Source: an uncultured Spirochaetia bacterium (GTDB lineage: Bacteria; Spirochaetota; JAHITG01; CAYQNP01). From it: 44,071 bases of DNA. The stretch is taken from contig CAYQNP010000040.1 of the NCBI GenBank assembly GCA_964418785.1, positions 1 to 44,071 of the forward strand. Reading direction: 5' to 3'. This document shows positions 17,854 to 26,013 of the stretch, piece by piece; position 1 is the stretch's first letter, and every line of letters begins with the position of its first letter. The notes under the pieces are model-generated. The model was given only the letters and a program-made list of their open reading frames with translations, made no database searches and was not told the DNA's origin. A program made the translations under genes and the position numbers.

Positions 17854-18391
17854 AAAATCCGACATAAATCTCGGAAGAGCAAATCGTCTTATAAATATGG
17901 GACCTGTAATATTAATAACAAGTCAATATAAAGACAAATCAAATATTTTTACAGCTGCATGGAATATGCCTGTAAGCCATAAACCTCCTATTGTTGCAAT
18001 TGCTTCTCAAAAAAATAATTTTTCATCAGAATTAATACAGAAATCTAAAGCATTCACAATAAATATACCCGATAGATTTTTAAAAAAAGAGATTATCTTC
18101 TGCGGGAAAACAACCGGTAGAGAAGTAAATAAATTTAAAGAATGTAATTTTAATACAATACCGTCAAAGGCAAATAATACTCCTGTTATTGAGGAATGCA
18201 TAGGCCACATTGAATGCAAATTAAGCAGCACTATAGAAGTAGGTGATCATTATCTTTTTATCGGGGATGTTGTTTCTGCTTATGCAGATGAAGACAAATT
18301 TGATTTTGAGCATAATGTCTGGGTATTAGAAAAAGCAAACCTAATTAATCATATAGGCGGTTCGTACTTTTCAACAACTTTACTTGCTTAA
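17846..18391 (+). CDS. flavin reductase-like (FMN-binding split-barrel) protein
   Basis: 181 aa. PVILITSQYKDKSNIFTAAWNMPVSHKPPIVAIA and ..GDHYLFIGDVV.. are typical of the flavin reductase domain family. An AGGAGG SD is present. Confidence 0.75.
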   Translation: MSKKSDINLGRANRLINMGPVILITSQYKDKSNIFTAAWNMPVSHKPPIVAIASQKNNFSSELIQKSKAFTINIPDRFLKKEIIFCGKTTGREVNKFKECNFNTIPSKANNTPVIEECIGHIECKLSSTIEVGDHYLFIGDVVSAYADEDKFDFEHNVWVLEKANLINHIGGSYFSTTLLA

Positions 18392-18407
18392 AAAATTTAT
18401 TAAACAA

Positions 18408-19154
18408 TCAGGAAGAAGTTTTTCCAACAACTCTTCGCATCAAAATTATAATCACAAAGAAAAGAATCCTGAAAAGATTTTTCAATCGCTTAACAGATGT
18501 AATACTTCTATACAGCCATTCAAGATTATGCTCTATATACCATACCGGAGCCCGCTTTTTAAATCCGGATATAACATCAAAACTGCCGCCTACCCCTATC
18601 ATTAAAGAAGCATCTAATTCATTATAATATTTATATATAAATTCTTCCTGATAAGGAGAACCAAGTGCAACAAATAAAATATCAGGCTGGACTTTTTTTA
18701 TCCCTGTTACTATTTTATCTGTTTCTTCCGGTTTAAAATAACCATGATACTTCCCAACAAATTTTATTCTTTCACCATACCACTTCTTTAAAGACATATA
18801 AAGTTTATCAACAACTTTCGGTTTTGCCCCGAGTAAAAATACAGAAAATTTTTCTTCATACGCCAGTCCTAATAAATCTTTCATAAAATCAATACCGGGT
18901 ATTTTGTTATAAACAGGATTTTTTAAAACTCTTGAAGCCCATATAATACCGCTGCCGTCCGGAATTATTAAATCTGCTGATTTCAAAACCGCAGAAAATT
19001 TTTTATTTATAAGTCCCCGCAGAAAAATTAAACTGTTCAAAGTCACTATAAACATCTTTTTCCGCGATTTAATATTTTGTCTGCATATTTCCAGAAGTTT
19101 TTTTTTATCTATATCCGCAATGCTGTAATCTAACAGTTTCTTCTGTTCTATCAT
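18408..19154 (-). CDS. WecB/TagA/CpsF-family glycosyltransferase (GT26)
   Basis: 248 aa. ..ADLIIPDGSGIIWASRVL.., ..FLLGAKP.., ..PDILFVALGSPYQEEF.. and ..MIGVGGSFD are the GT26 conserved blocks. Confidence 0.85.
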   Translation of the reverse strand: MIEQKKLLDYSIADIDKKKLLEICRQNIKSRKKMFIVTLNSLIFLRGLINKKFSAVLKSADLIIPDGSGIIWASRVLKNPVYNKIPGIDFMKDLLGLAYEEKFSVFLLGAKPKVVDKLYMSLKKWYGERIKFVGKYHGYFKPEETDKIVTGIKKVQPDILFVALGSPYQEEFIYKYYNELDASLMIGVGGSFDVISGFKKRAPVWYIEHNLEWLYRSITSVKRLKNLFRILFFVIIILMRRVVGKTSS

Positions 19155-19534
19155 TTAATCTTCTTTCTTGTTATCTCTATAATGCGATAATCTATAATCT
19201 CTTTATCATAATAAATTCTTAAACTGTACTTCCCTACCCCAATATCTTTTAAATTTATAATAAGATAATTTACTCCGGAATAAACTGTATACATATTCTT
19301 ATAAATGGGCATATCAGAAACATCATCTGTAAGATTATGAACAACAACCGAAACCGTTATTGGCGCCTTTTTATAAGAACTTAAAGAAATAACCAATTTT
19401 TCATTCATATTTTTTACAATTACCTTTTTATTAAATTTACCAATCCTAACTGAAATATTATTTTTTCTATAACAACTTAATATACTTATCAAAAAAAATA
19501 AAATCAAATAAAATTTTACTTTTTTACTGCTCAT
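19151..19534 (-). CDS. hypothetical lipoprotein
   Basis: 127 aa. Signal peptide with a lipobox-like ILSC (MSSKKVKFYLILFFLISILSCY). A 4-nt overlap joins it to the GT26 gene. Confidence 0.5.
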   Translation of the reverse strand: MSSKKVKFYLILFFLISILSCYRKNNISVRIGKFNKKVIVKNMNEKLVISLSSYKKAPITVSVVVHNLTDDVSDMPIYKNMYTVYSGVNYLIINLKDIGVGKYSLRIYYDKEIIDYRIIEITRKKIK

Positions 19535-19541
19535 AATTTAT

Positions 19542-19569
19542 AAAATACGGACAAAAAAAAGAAAATCAA
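19542..19569 (-). promoter_or_regulatory. possible promoter with leaderless geometry (lipoprotein/GT26 operon)
   Basis: Minus strand: TTGATT (19569-19564), 16-nt spacer containing T8, TATTTT (19547-19542), 7 nt, then ATG (19534). No SD is present. Confidence 0.3.
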
Positions 19570-19591
19570 ATATTTTTTAATAAAATAAAAA

Positions 19592-19620
19592 TTGACTTTA
19601 CAAAAAAAAACAGTTTAATT
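19592..19620 (+). promoter_or_regulatory. possible promoter of the degT-GT2-MATE operon
   Basis: TTGACT (19592-19597), 17-nt spacer containing A9, TTAATT (19615-19620). An AGGAG SD at 19639-19643 precedes ATG 19652. Confidence 0.3.
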
Positions 19621-19651
19621 AATACAAATATTTTAAACAGGAGAACTAATT

Positions 19652-20758
19652 ATGGAATTAAAATTAAATTTTACCGACTTAAAATTTCAGTATAAGGAAT
19701 TAGAAAAAGAGATAGATACAGCCATAAAAGAGGTGCTTGAAAGCACACAATTTATAAACGGACCTCAGGTAAAAAAATTAGAGGAAGAAGTAGCAAAATA
19801 CAGTGAAGCAAAATACGGGATAGGTGTAAGTTCCGGGACAGATGCGTTATTACTCGCATTAATGGCAATAGATCTGCAGCCGGGGGATGAAGTTATAACC
19901 ACGCCTTTTACTTTTATTGCCACAGCAGAAGTAATATCATTTTTAAAAGCCAAGCCTGTATTTGTAGATATAGACGACAACACATATAACATTGATGCGT
20001 CGAAAATTGAAGAGAAAATCACAAACAGAACAAAAGCAATAATACCGGTTCATTTATACGGTCAGCCGGCGGATATGGATGAGATAAATGCTATAGCGCA
20101 AAAACACAACTTATATGTAATTGAAGATGCAGCGCAGGCAATAGGCGCAGAGTATAAAGGCAAAAAAGTCTGCGGATTAGGTGATATGGGCTGTATAAGT
20201 TTCTTCCCGTCAAAAAATCTCGGAGCATACGGAGACGGCGGGATGATTACTACAAATAGTGACAAACTGCGTGATAAACTCTTAATGCTCCGTAATCACG
20301 GTTCTGCTAAAAAATATGTACACCAGATAATAGGGACAAATGCAAGATTAGATACTATCCAGGCTGCAATACTTCTGGTGAAAATTAAACATATTGAAGA
20401 ATGGAATAACAATAGAATAAAAATCGCTAACCGATACAGTGAAAATTTAAAAGATTTTGCAAGAGTACCGTTTATAAAAAATGATAGAAAAGCCATATTC
20501 CACCAATACACTATAAGAACGGACAGAAGAGATGAACTGCAGAAATACCTGCTTGAAAACGGAATACCTACAGCAATACATTATCCTATACCGTTACATA
20601 TGCAGGAAGCATTTCAATATCTTGATTACAAAGAAGGAGATTTACCTGTAAGTGAAAATCTTGCTCGTGAAGTTATATCTTTACCAATGTTTCCTGAGAT
20701 GACGGAAGAACAACAAGACCTTGTTATAAATGAAATAAAAAAATTCTATGGCAAATAA
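19652..20758 (+). CDS. DegT/DnrJ/EryC1/StrS-family sugar aminotransferase
   Basis: 368 aa. ..FINGPQVKKLEEE.., ..SSGTDALLLAL.., ..ISFFPSKNLGAYGDGGMITT.. (PLP lysine) and ..RNHG.. are family signatures. Confidence 0.9.
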   Translation: MELKLNFTDLKFQYKELEKEIDTAIKEVLESTQFINGPQVKKLEEEVAKYSEAKYGIGVSSGTDALLLALMAIDLQPGDEVITTPFTFIATAEVISFLKAKPVFVDIDDNTYNIDASKIEEKITNRTKAIIPVHLYGQPADMDEINAIAQKHNLYVIEDAAQAIGAEYKGKKVCGLGDMGCISFFPSKNLGAYGDGGMITTNSDKLRDKLLMLRNHGSAKKYVHQIIGTNARLDTIQAAILLVKIKHIEEWNNNRIKIANRYSENLKDFARVPFIKNDRKAIFHQYTIRTDRRDELQKYLLENGIPTAIHYPIPLHMQEAFQYLDYKEGDLPVSENLAREVISLPMFPEMTEEQQDLVINEIKKFYGK

Positions 20759-21524
20759 AATCAAAATAAGTTTCACTTTAATTGCACACAATGAAGAAAA
20801 AAACATAAAACGCTGTTTAGAAAGTATAAAATGGGCAGATGAAATAATAGTAGTAGATTGTGAAAGCAAAGATAAAACAGCAGCCATAGCAAAAAAATAT
20901 ACAAACAAAATATATAGGAAAAAAAATAATCCCAACTTAAACATAAATAAAAGTTTTGGTATTTCAAAAGCCCGTGGTGAATGGATTTTCTATATAGACC
21001 CTGATGAAGTCATTACACAAGAATTAAAAGAAGAGATTATAAAGACAATAAATTCAGATACAAAGTATAACGGTTTCAAACTTCCGAGATTAAACTATTA
21101 TGCATTTGGCTTTTTAAGACACGGCGGGAATTATCCTGACACGCAACTGCGGCTCTTTAGACGCGGCAAGGCAAAATTTCCCAATAAACATGTCCACGAA
21201 AGAATCCATATATCAGGAAAAATCGGACGATTAAAAAATCATATGCTTCATTATCCCTACAACTCTGTATCAGAATACATAAAGAAAATCAATTTTTATA
21301 CGGATTTTCAGGTAAACTACTGGCTGAAAGAAAATAAAAAATTAACACGATTTGATTTACTCTTTAATATTACATACAAACCCATACAAAAATTTATTGA
21401 GCGCTTCATAATAAAAGCCGGGTTTTTAGACGGAACAGCAGGTTTCTTTGCTGCTTTCACTAATTCTATTACTCACATAATAAATTATCTGAAATTATAC
21501 GAACAGTTAAAAAACAACCATTAG
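20748..21524 (+). CDS. family 2 glycosyltransferase
   Basis: 258 aa. ISFTLIAHNEEKNIKRCLESIKWADEIIVVDCESKDKT and YIDPDE (DxD-type) are GT2 signatures. It overlaps degT by 11 nt. Confidence 0.85.
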   Translation: MANKIKISFTLIAHNEEKNIKRCLESIKWADEIIVVDCESKDKTAAIAKKYTNKIYRKKNNPNLNINKSFGISKARGEWIFYIDPDEVITQELKEEIIKTINSDTKYNGFKLPRLNYYAFGFLRHGGNYPDTQLRLFRRGKAKFPNKHVHERIHISGKIGRLKNHMLHYPYNSVSEYIKKINFYTDFQVNYWLKENKKLTRFDLLFNITYKPIQKFIERFIIKAGFLDGTAGFFAAFTNSITHIINYLKLYEQLKNNH

Positions 21525-21533
21525 AGAATCATA

Positions 21534-22886
21534 ATGAGAAAGATACGAAGAGATTTGACCACAGGAAAAATATCATCCCATATTATAAAATTAGCAGTAC
21601 CGTTAATTTTATCAAATTTATTTATGACAATATTAGAATTAACAGATGCACTGTTTATAGGGAGATTAGGCTCTGCCGCTTTAGCAGGAGTATCAATATC
21701 CGGGACAATACTTTTTTTTCTTGCAACATTCGGAGCAGGATTAAGTGTAGGAACAGTTGCTTTAATAGCCCGGAATACAGGAGCAAAAAATTATGACAAA
21801 GCAAATGAAGTAGCGATGCAATCTTTTATACTCGGAATTACAATTGCTCTAATTTTAGGAAGCCTTGGTTATCTGTTTTCCGAAAACATATTAACTGCAT
21901 TAGGTGCAAAAGGTGAAGTTTTAAATTACGGTACCGGATATATTAAAATTTTATTTAAATACATATTTACAATGTTCTTTATGTTTTTAGGTTCAGCAGT
22001 GCTAAGAGGTTCCGGTGATACTAAAACTCCTATGTATATAACTCTGATATCGGTTGTAATAAATATTATTCTTGACTGGCTTTTAATTTTCGGAAAATTA
22101 GGCTTTCCTGCACTTGGTGTAAAAGGCGCAGCAACGGCAACTGTTATTTCCCGCGGAATCAGCAGCACCATATTAATGATTCTTTTAATTAAAGGAAAAC
22201 ATAATATTCATATTCGTTTGAAATCTATAAAAGTATCATTCAACATAATAAGCAAAATTTTTAAAATAGGATTTCCTGCGTCTATACAAATGTTTATCAG
22301 AAGCACATCTGCAATCATATTAATAAAAATCGTATCTTATTTCGGCACTGAAACAATAGCAGCATACGGCATAGGAGCAAGGATTTTTTCATTATTCATC
22401 CTTCCCGGATTCGGATTTTCAGATGCTTCTGCTACAATGGTAGGACAAAATTTCGGGGCAAATAAAATTTCACGCATCAAAAAATCAGCGTATATTTCAG
22501 CAGGTTACTATTTTATTGTTCTGCTGTTCCTATCTGTTTCTGTTTTCGCTTTTTCCAAAAATATTATTATGCTTTTCAACACTGAACCGGAAGTTATTAA
22601 AATCGGTTCTGTTTATTTAAAATATATTTCTGTTTCAGCATTATCTTTATGTATCGGATTGGTGTTATCCCGCTCCTTTCAGGGACTTGGAAAATCTATG
22701 ATTCCAATGATAATAACAGGAATTACTTTATATGCTGTTCAAATACCGCTGGCATATATTCTCAGTATTAAATTAAAATTTAATCAAACAGGAATATGGA
22801 CTGCACAGATTGTAGCATCATATACTCAGGCTTTATTAATTTTTTATAAATGGCATACTTATAAATTTAATACTCAACAACAGTAG
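21534..22886 (+). CDS. MATE-family efflux transporter or flippase
   Basis: 450 aa with 12 TM segments. The N-terminal block ..IIKLAVPLILSNLFMTILELTDALFIGRLGSAALAG.. and the internal repeat ..IFKIGFPASIQ.. are typical of MATE proteins. Confidence 0.85.
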   Translation: MRKIRRDLTTGKISSHIIKLAVPLILSNLFMTILELTDALFIGRLGSAALAGVSISGTILFFLATFGAGLSVGTVALIARNTGAKNYDKANEVAMQSFILGITIALILGSLGYLFSENILTALGAKGEVLNYGTGYIKILFKYIFTMFFMFLGSAVLRGSGDTKTPMYITLISVVINIILDWLLIFGKLGFPALGVKGAATATVISRGISSTILMILLIKGKHNIHIRLKSIKVSFNIISKIFKIGFPASIQMFIRSTSAIILIKIVSYFGTETIAAYGIGARIFSLFILPGFGFSDASATMVGQNFGANKISRIKKSAYISAGYYFIVLLFLSVSVFAFSKNIIMLFNTEPEVIKIGSVYLKYISVSALSLCIGLVLSRSFQGLGKSMIPMIITGITLYAVQIPLAYILSIKLKFNQTGIWTAQIVASYTQALLIFYKWHTYKFNTQQQ

Positions 22887-25485
22887 GCGGTTCTGTCTTT
22901 ATTTTTTCATCTATACCAAGATGCGTCTCTATCTTCATATTAATTTTAAACCAGAAAGAATGTTCAAAATACGGATATTGCGATATTGTTCCGTAATAAA
23001 AATATCTCTGCTGTAAAGAATACCCGAATGACATTTGCCAGCAATGTAAATCATGCTGAACCGATATCTCTGCTCTTTTAAGTTTAAAATATGAATCTTT
23101 CATTTTTTCTATATCAAATATATTAACAGAATTAAATAAATCAGTGAAAAAATTTCTATATCCGTACTGAGTTGTTCCGTATTCTTCTGCAAGACTTTTA
23201 GAGTAAAGATACAGTTTATTATTTTCCGAATGGGTTGCAATCCTGATACTCCAATATCTGGATAATTTTAACCGCATATTAAAATTAATATACATCTTAC
23301 TGCTTATAGGATTCGGGAAATAATGATTCCATACAGCAGATAAAGAAACTGAATTTATCAGAAAATCATACAAAGTTATTGAGGATAATGAATACGACAC
23401 AGACAAATTATTTCTTACAGGTTGGGAATATCTAATACTGTAAATATATCGGTCATTAATTGATAAATGTTCTATAATATTGACATACAGATTATTATTC
23501 AAATCTGAAAATCTGTCTTTTTCAAAATGAGTAAATTTCTCATCTTTAGGATATTTAAGGTCATAACCTGTAGAAGCTGTATAAGTTATTCCGGGAATAA
23601 TTCTGTTTATATGAGATATACCGAGACTATGCTGCACAACTTTACCGTAAACAGAATCAGCCGAATATTCTTCAAACCGCCACTGATAATTATGAGATAA
23701 TTTTAAATTAAACGACGAAACCCCCAACTGCAGATTTTCATTAATTCTCCCGTAACTGAAAGAATTCCTTTCGTAATTATTGGCTTCACTATCAGAAACA
23801 TTATACGGCAAATAATAATTATTACCGAGACCGAAACCAAAACTGTAATTAAAAAAACGAATTAAATTAAAAGTTTTAGCAGCTGACCCGGAAATCTGTC
23901 TGTAATCAACACTTTTCAAATATTCTCCGTTTATATCATAATAATCATCATGCTGAAAAGAGACAAAAGCATTATATCTGATTTTCGGATCAAACTTAAA
24001 AAAATTGCTTTTGGAAGTAGTTTTTAATTCAGGATTATCAAATAAATATCCGTGAAGTTCATACTTTATATACGGAGCCGTCACTCTATTTAAAAAATAA
24101 TTCGTTTTCAGAGAGTTCCACTGAAAATTCCAGTTTGCTTTAATAAGCAGTGAAGAATTTTTTCTTTTATCAAATAGATTAATATACCAATTTTGATTAT
24201 TCTGATTATATATATCATTATTATATATAGGGTTCTGATAATAATGGAATCCGGGCTTTGTGCTTCTAAATTGTTCAAAATCCCGAATATAGGCATAATC
24301 AGACTGGCGAAAAAAATTCATCTTTAAATCCGTATTATAATTCTTATTTTTTTCATTACGATTAAAAGTATATCTATTACGAAAACTTATCTTTCCCCTG
24401 TAAGAGCGTTCCACTTCTCCTGTTTCCGGATTAACATTTGAATCACCGAATAACTTTTTATCGTAAGCACCTGAAACAGATGCAATAATATCACTGTTAG
24501 CACTTTTTTTTCTATAATCAATTCCGGCATACTCACCTCTTTTTTGATAATGATCGAATTTAAAAAGCAGTTCATCATTCGATGTAATCTTTGTTCTGTA
24601 AGTATTCTGCATATACCAGCCGTCAACACGCCGCTTCCCCCAACTCGTAATTATTCCTGTACCTTTTTCAAAACGGAAATAAAGCGGAATCCAGAAAAGT
24701 TTTACTCCGGATACTATATAATATGCATTAAAAAGAACTATTTTGTCATCAGGATAAACCCATATCTTAGATGCTTCAATATAGTAATGCGGTTTATGAT
24801 TTTTACAGCTTGTAAATCTTCCTTTATCAATTATATAAGGTCCTTTTTCAATCTTTTCTATTTTCCCGCCGTAATAAACAATCTGTCCAATTTCAGACCT
24901 GCCGTCATAAATAATACCGTTGCGCGTGTTTAAATCATAAAAAATTTTATCTCCTGTCAGCTCTTTTTTCCCGTCCCATAAAATAACATTACCCTGACAG
25001 AGCATCTCTTTGGTTTTAACATTTAACCGTAATTCATCGGCCCTTAATAGAACTTTATTATATCTTAAATAAACTTCGCCCTTTGCAGATAATATCTCTT
25101 CATCTGAATTATCAACTTTTAAATATTCTCCTTCTACAGCATTCTCAATTATAATTCTATCGGTATCTTTATTTTCCTCCGGCTTAAACTCACTTTTATT
25201 TGTCTTTGTAATTTTATTTACAACTATTTTATTAACTTTTAAATAATTTATAATTCTGCTCCTTATATCCTTCTTACTTCCCGCAGAGCTTATTTTTAAC
25301 TGCCGGCAAATTTTGATAAGTTCTTTCTTACTCATTTTAAAAAGCATTAATGTAAAGATTTCTTCTTTCTGTTTCTCTATACTATTACTTCTGATAGAAT
25401 TAACCGGAGCAGCATATATATTTATAAACGAAAAAAATATAAAGATTAAAGAAATTCTTATACTTAATTTTATCATAAATATCAT
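22867..25485 (-). CDS. lptD: LptD/OstA-like outer-membrane LPS-assembly protein with an extra N-terminal HeH (SAP/Rho_N-like) motif
   Basis: 872 aa. Signal peptide, then an OstA-like jelly-roll segment (..LSAKGEVYLRYNKVLLRADELRLNVKTKEMLCQGNVILWDGKKELTGDKIFYDLNTRNGIIYDG..), then a ~600-aa Tyr/Asn/Phe-rich region with alternating hydrophobicity that ends in an aromatic residue (..VVEY). Confidence 0.65.
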   Translation of the reverse strand: MIFMIKLSIRISLIFIFFSFINIYAAPVNSIRSNSIEKQKEEIFTLMLFKMSKKELIKICRQLKISSAGSKKDIRSRIINYLKVNKIVVNKITKTNKSEFKPEENKDTDRIIIENAVEGEYLKVDNSDEEILSAKGEVYLRYNKVLLRADELRLNVKTKEMLCQGNVILWDGKKELTGDKIFYDLNTRNGIIYDGRSEIGQIVYYGGKIEKIEKGPYIIDKGRFTSCKNHKPHYYIEASKIWVYPDDKIVLFNAYYIVSGVKLFWIPLYFRFEKGTGIITSWGKRRVDGWYMQNTYRTKITSNDELLFKFDHYQKRGEYAGIDYRKKSANSDIIASVSGAYDKKLFGDSNVNPETGEVERSYRGKISFRNRYTFNRNEKNKNYNTDLKMNFFRQSDYAYIRDFEQFRSTKPGFHYYQNPIYNNDIYNQNNQNWYINLFDKRKNSSLLIKANWNFQWNSLKTNYFLNRVTAPYIKYELHGYLFDNPELKTTSKSNFFKFDPKIRYNAFVSFQHDDYYDINGEYLKSVDYRQISGSAAKTFNLIRFFNYSFGFGLGNNYYLPYNVSDSEANNYERNSFSYGRINENLQLGVSSFNLKLSHNYQWRFEEYSADSVYGKVVQHSLGISHINRIIPGITYTASTGYDLKYPKDEKFTHFEKDRFSDLNNNLYVNIIEHLSINDRYIYSIRYSQPVRNNLSVSYSLSSITLYDFLINSVSLSAVWNHYFPNPISSKMYINFNMRLKLSRYWSIRIATHSENNKLYLYSKSLAEEYGTTQYGYRNFFTDLFNSVNIFDIEKMKDSYFKLKRAEISVQHDLHCWQMSFGYSLQQRYFYYGTISQYPYFEHSFWFKINMKIETHLGIDEKIKTEPPTVVEY

Positions 25486-26013
25486 TTATTTAAAAACCGC
25501 TATCAATAATGCAAGAACAGATACAATAGAAGCACCGACACTTAAATAAAAAGGAGTCTTGTCATAATTCCGCAATTCTGCTTCTCTCTGTTTTCTTTCA
25601 AGTTCAGATACCCTTAAATTTATATCTGCAATCTCTTTCTTAAATTCATCAATTAATTTTCTTAACAAAACAACATCTTTTTCATTCAAATTACTTCTGG
25701 AAAGAGTGTCATTAATAACAGAATCATCGATAGCACCGTCAGGTCTGGAAACACCTATTTCTGCTTCAAGTTTATGAATAGCTTTAACAAGAGCCTGAGC
25801 AAACTCATATCGTGTTAAAGGTTTATCCCCTTTATAAAATCTTGTTGCTTTTCCGTCATATCCCTCAACAATGCCTCTCTCACATAATTCATTGATAGCA
25901 TCGTATGCCCAATGATTTTTCGGAACATCTTTAAAAAACATCTCTCCAAAGGCAAGTGACGGTATAAGCAAAGATATAACAAATATAACAAATACCTGTT
26001 TTATTTTATTCAT
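25486..26013 (-). CDS. SLH-domain / coiled-coil / C-terminal TM-anchor protein (mini Omp-alpha-like tether)
   Basis: 175 aa. Signal peptide, one SLH domain (FKDVPKNHWAYDAINELCERGIVEGYDG...LTRYEFAQALVKAI), a heptad-like helical segment (..LLRKLIDEFKKEIADINLRVSELERKQREAEL..), and a terminal hydrophobic helix (FYLSVGASIVSVLALLIAVFK). Confidence 0.7.
   Translation of the reverse strand: MNKIKQVFVIFVISLLIPSLAFGEMFFKDVPKNHWAYDAINELCERGIVEGYDGKATRFYKGDKPLTRYEFAQALVKAIHKLEAEIGVSRPDGAIDDSVINDTLSRSNLNEKDVVLLRKLIDEFKKEIADINLRVSELERKQREAELRNYDKTPFYLSVGASIVSVLALLIAVFK

Noticed and set aside
18007-25549. Track ORFs 18007..18231, 18384..18605, 19765..20022, 20062..20265, 20296..20511, 20681..20944, 20773..20967, 21926..22171, 24108..24296, 24387..24629, 24544..24933 and 25313..25549
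   Set aside because: All are embedded in, or antisense to, confidently assigned genes (flavin reductase, GT26, degT, GT2, MATE, lptD, SLH protein). None has an independent start signal or a recognisable motif.
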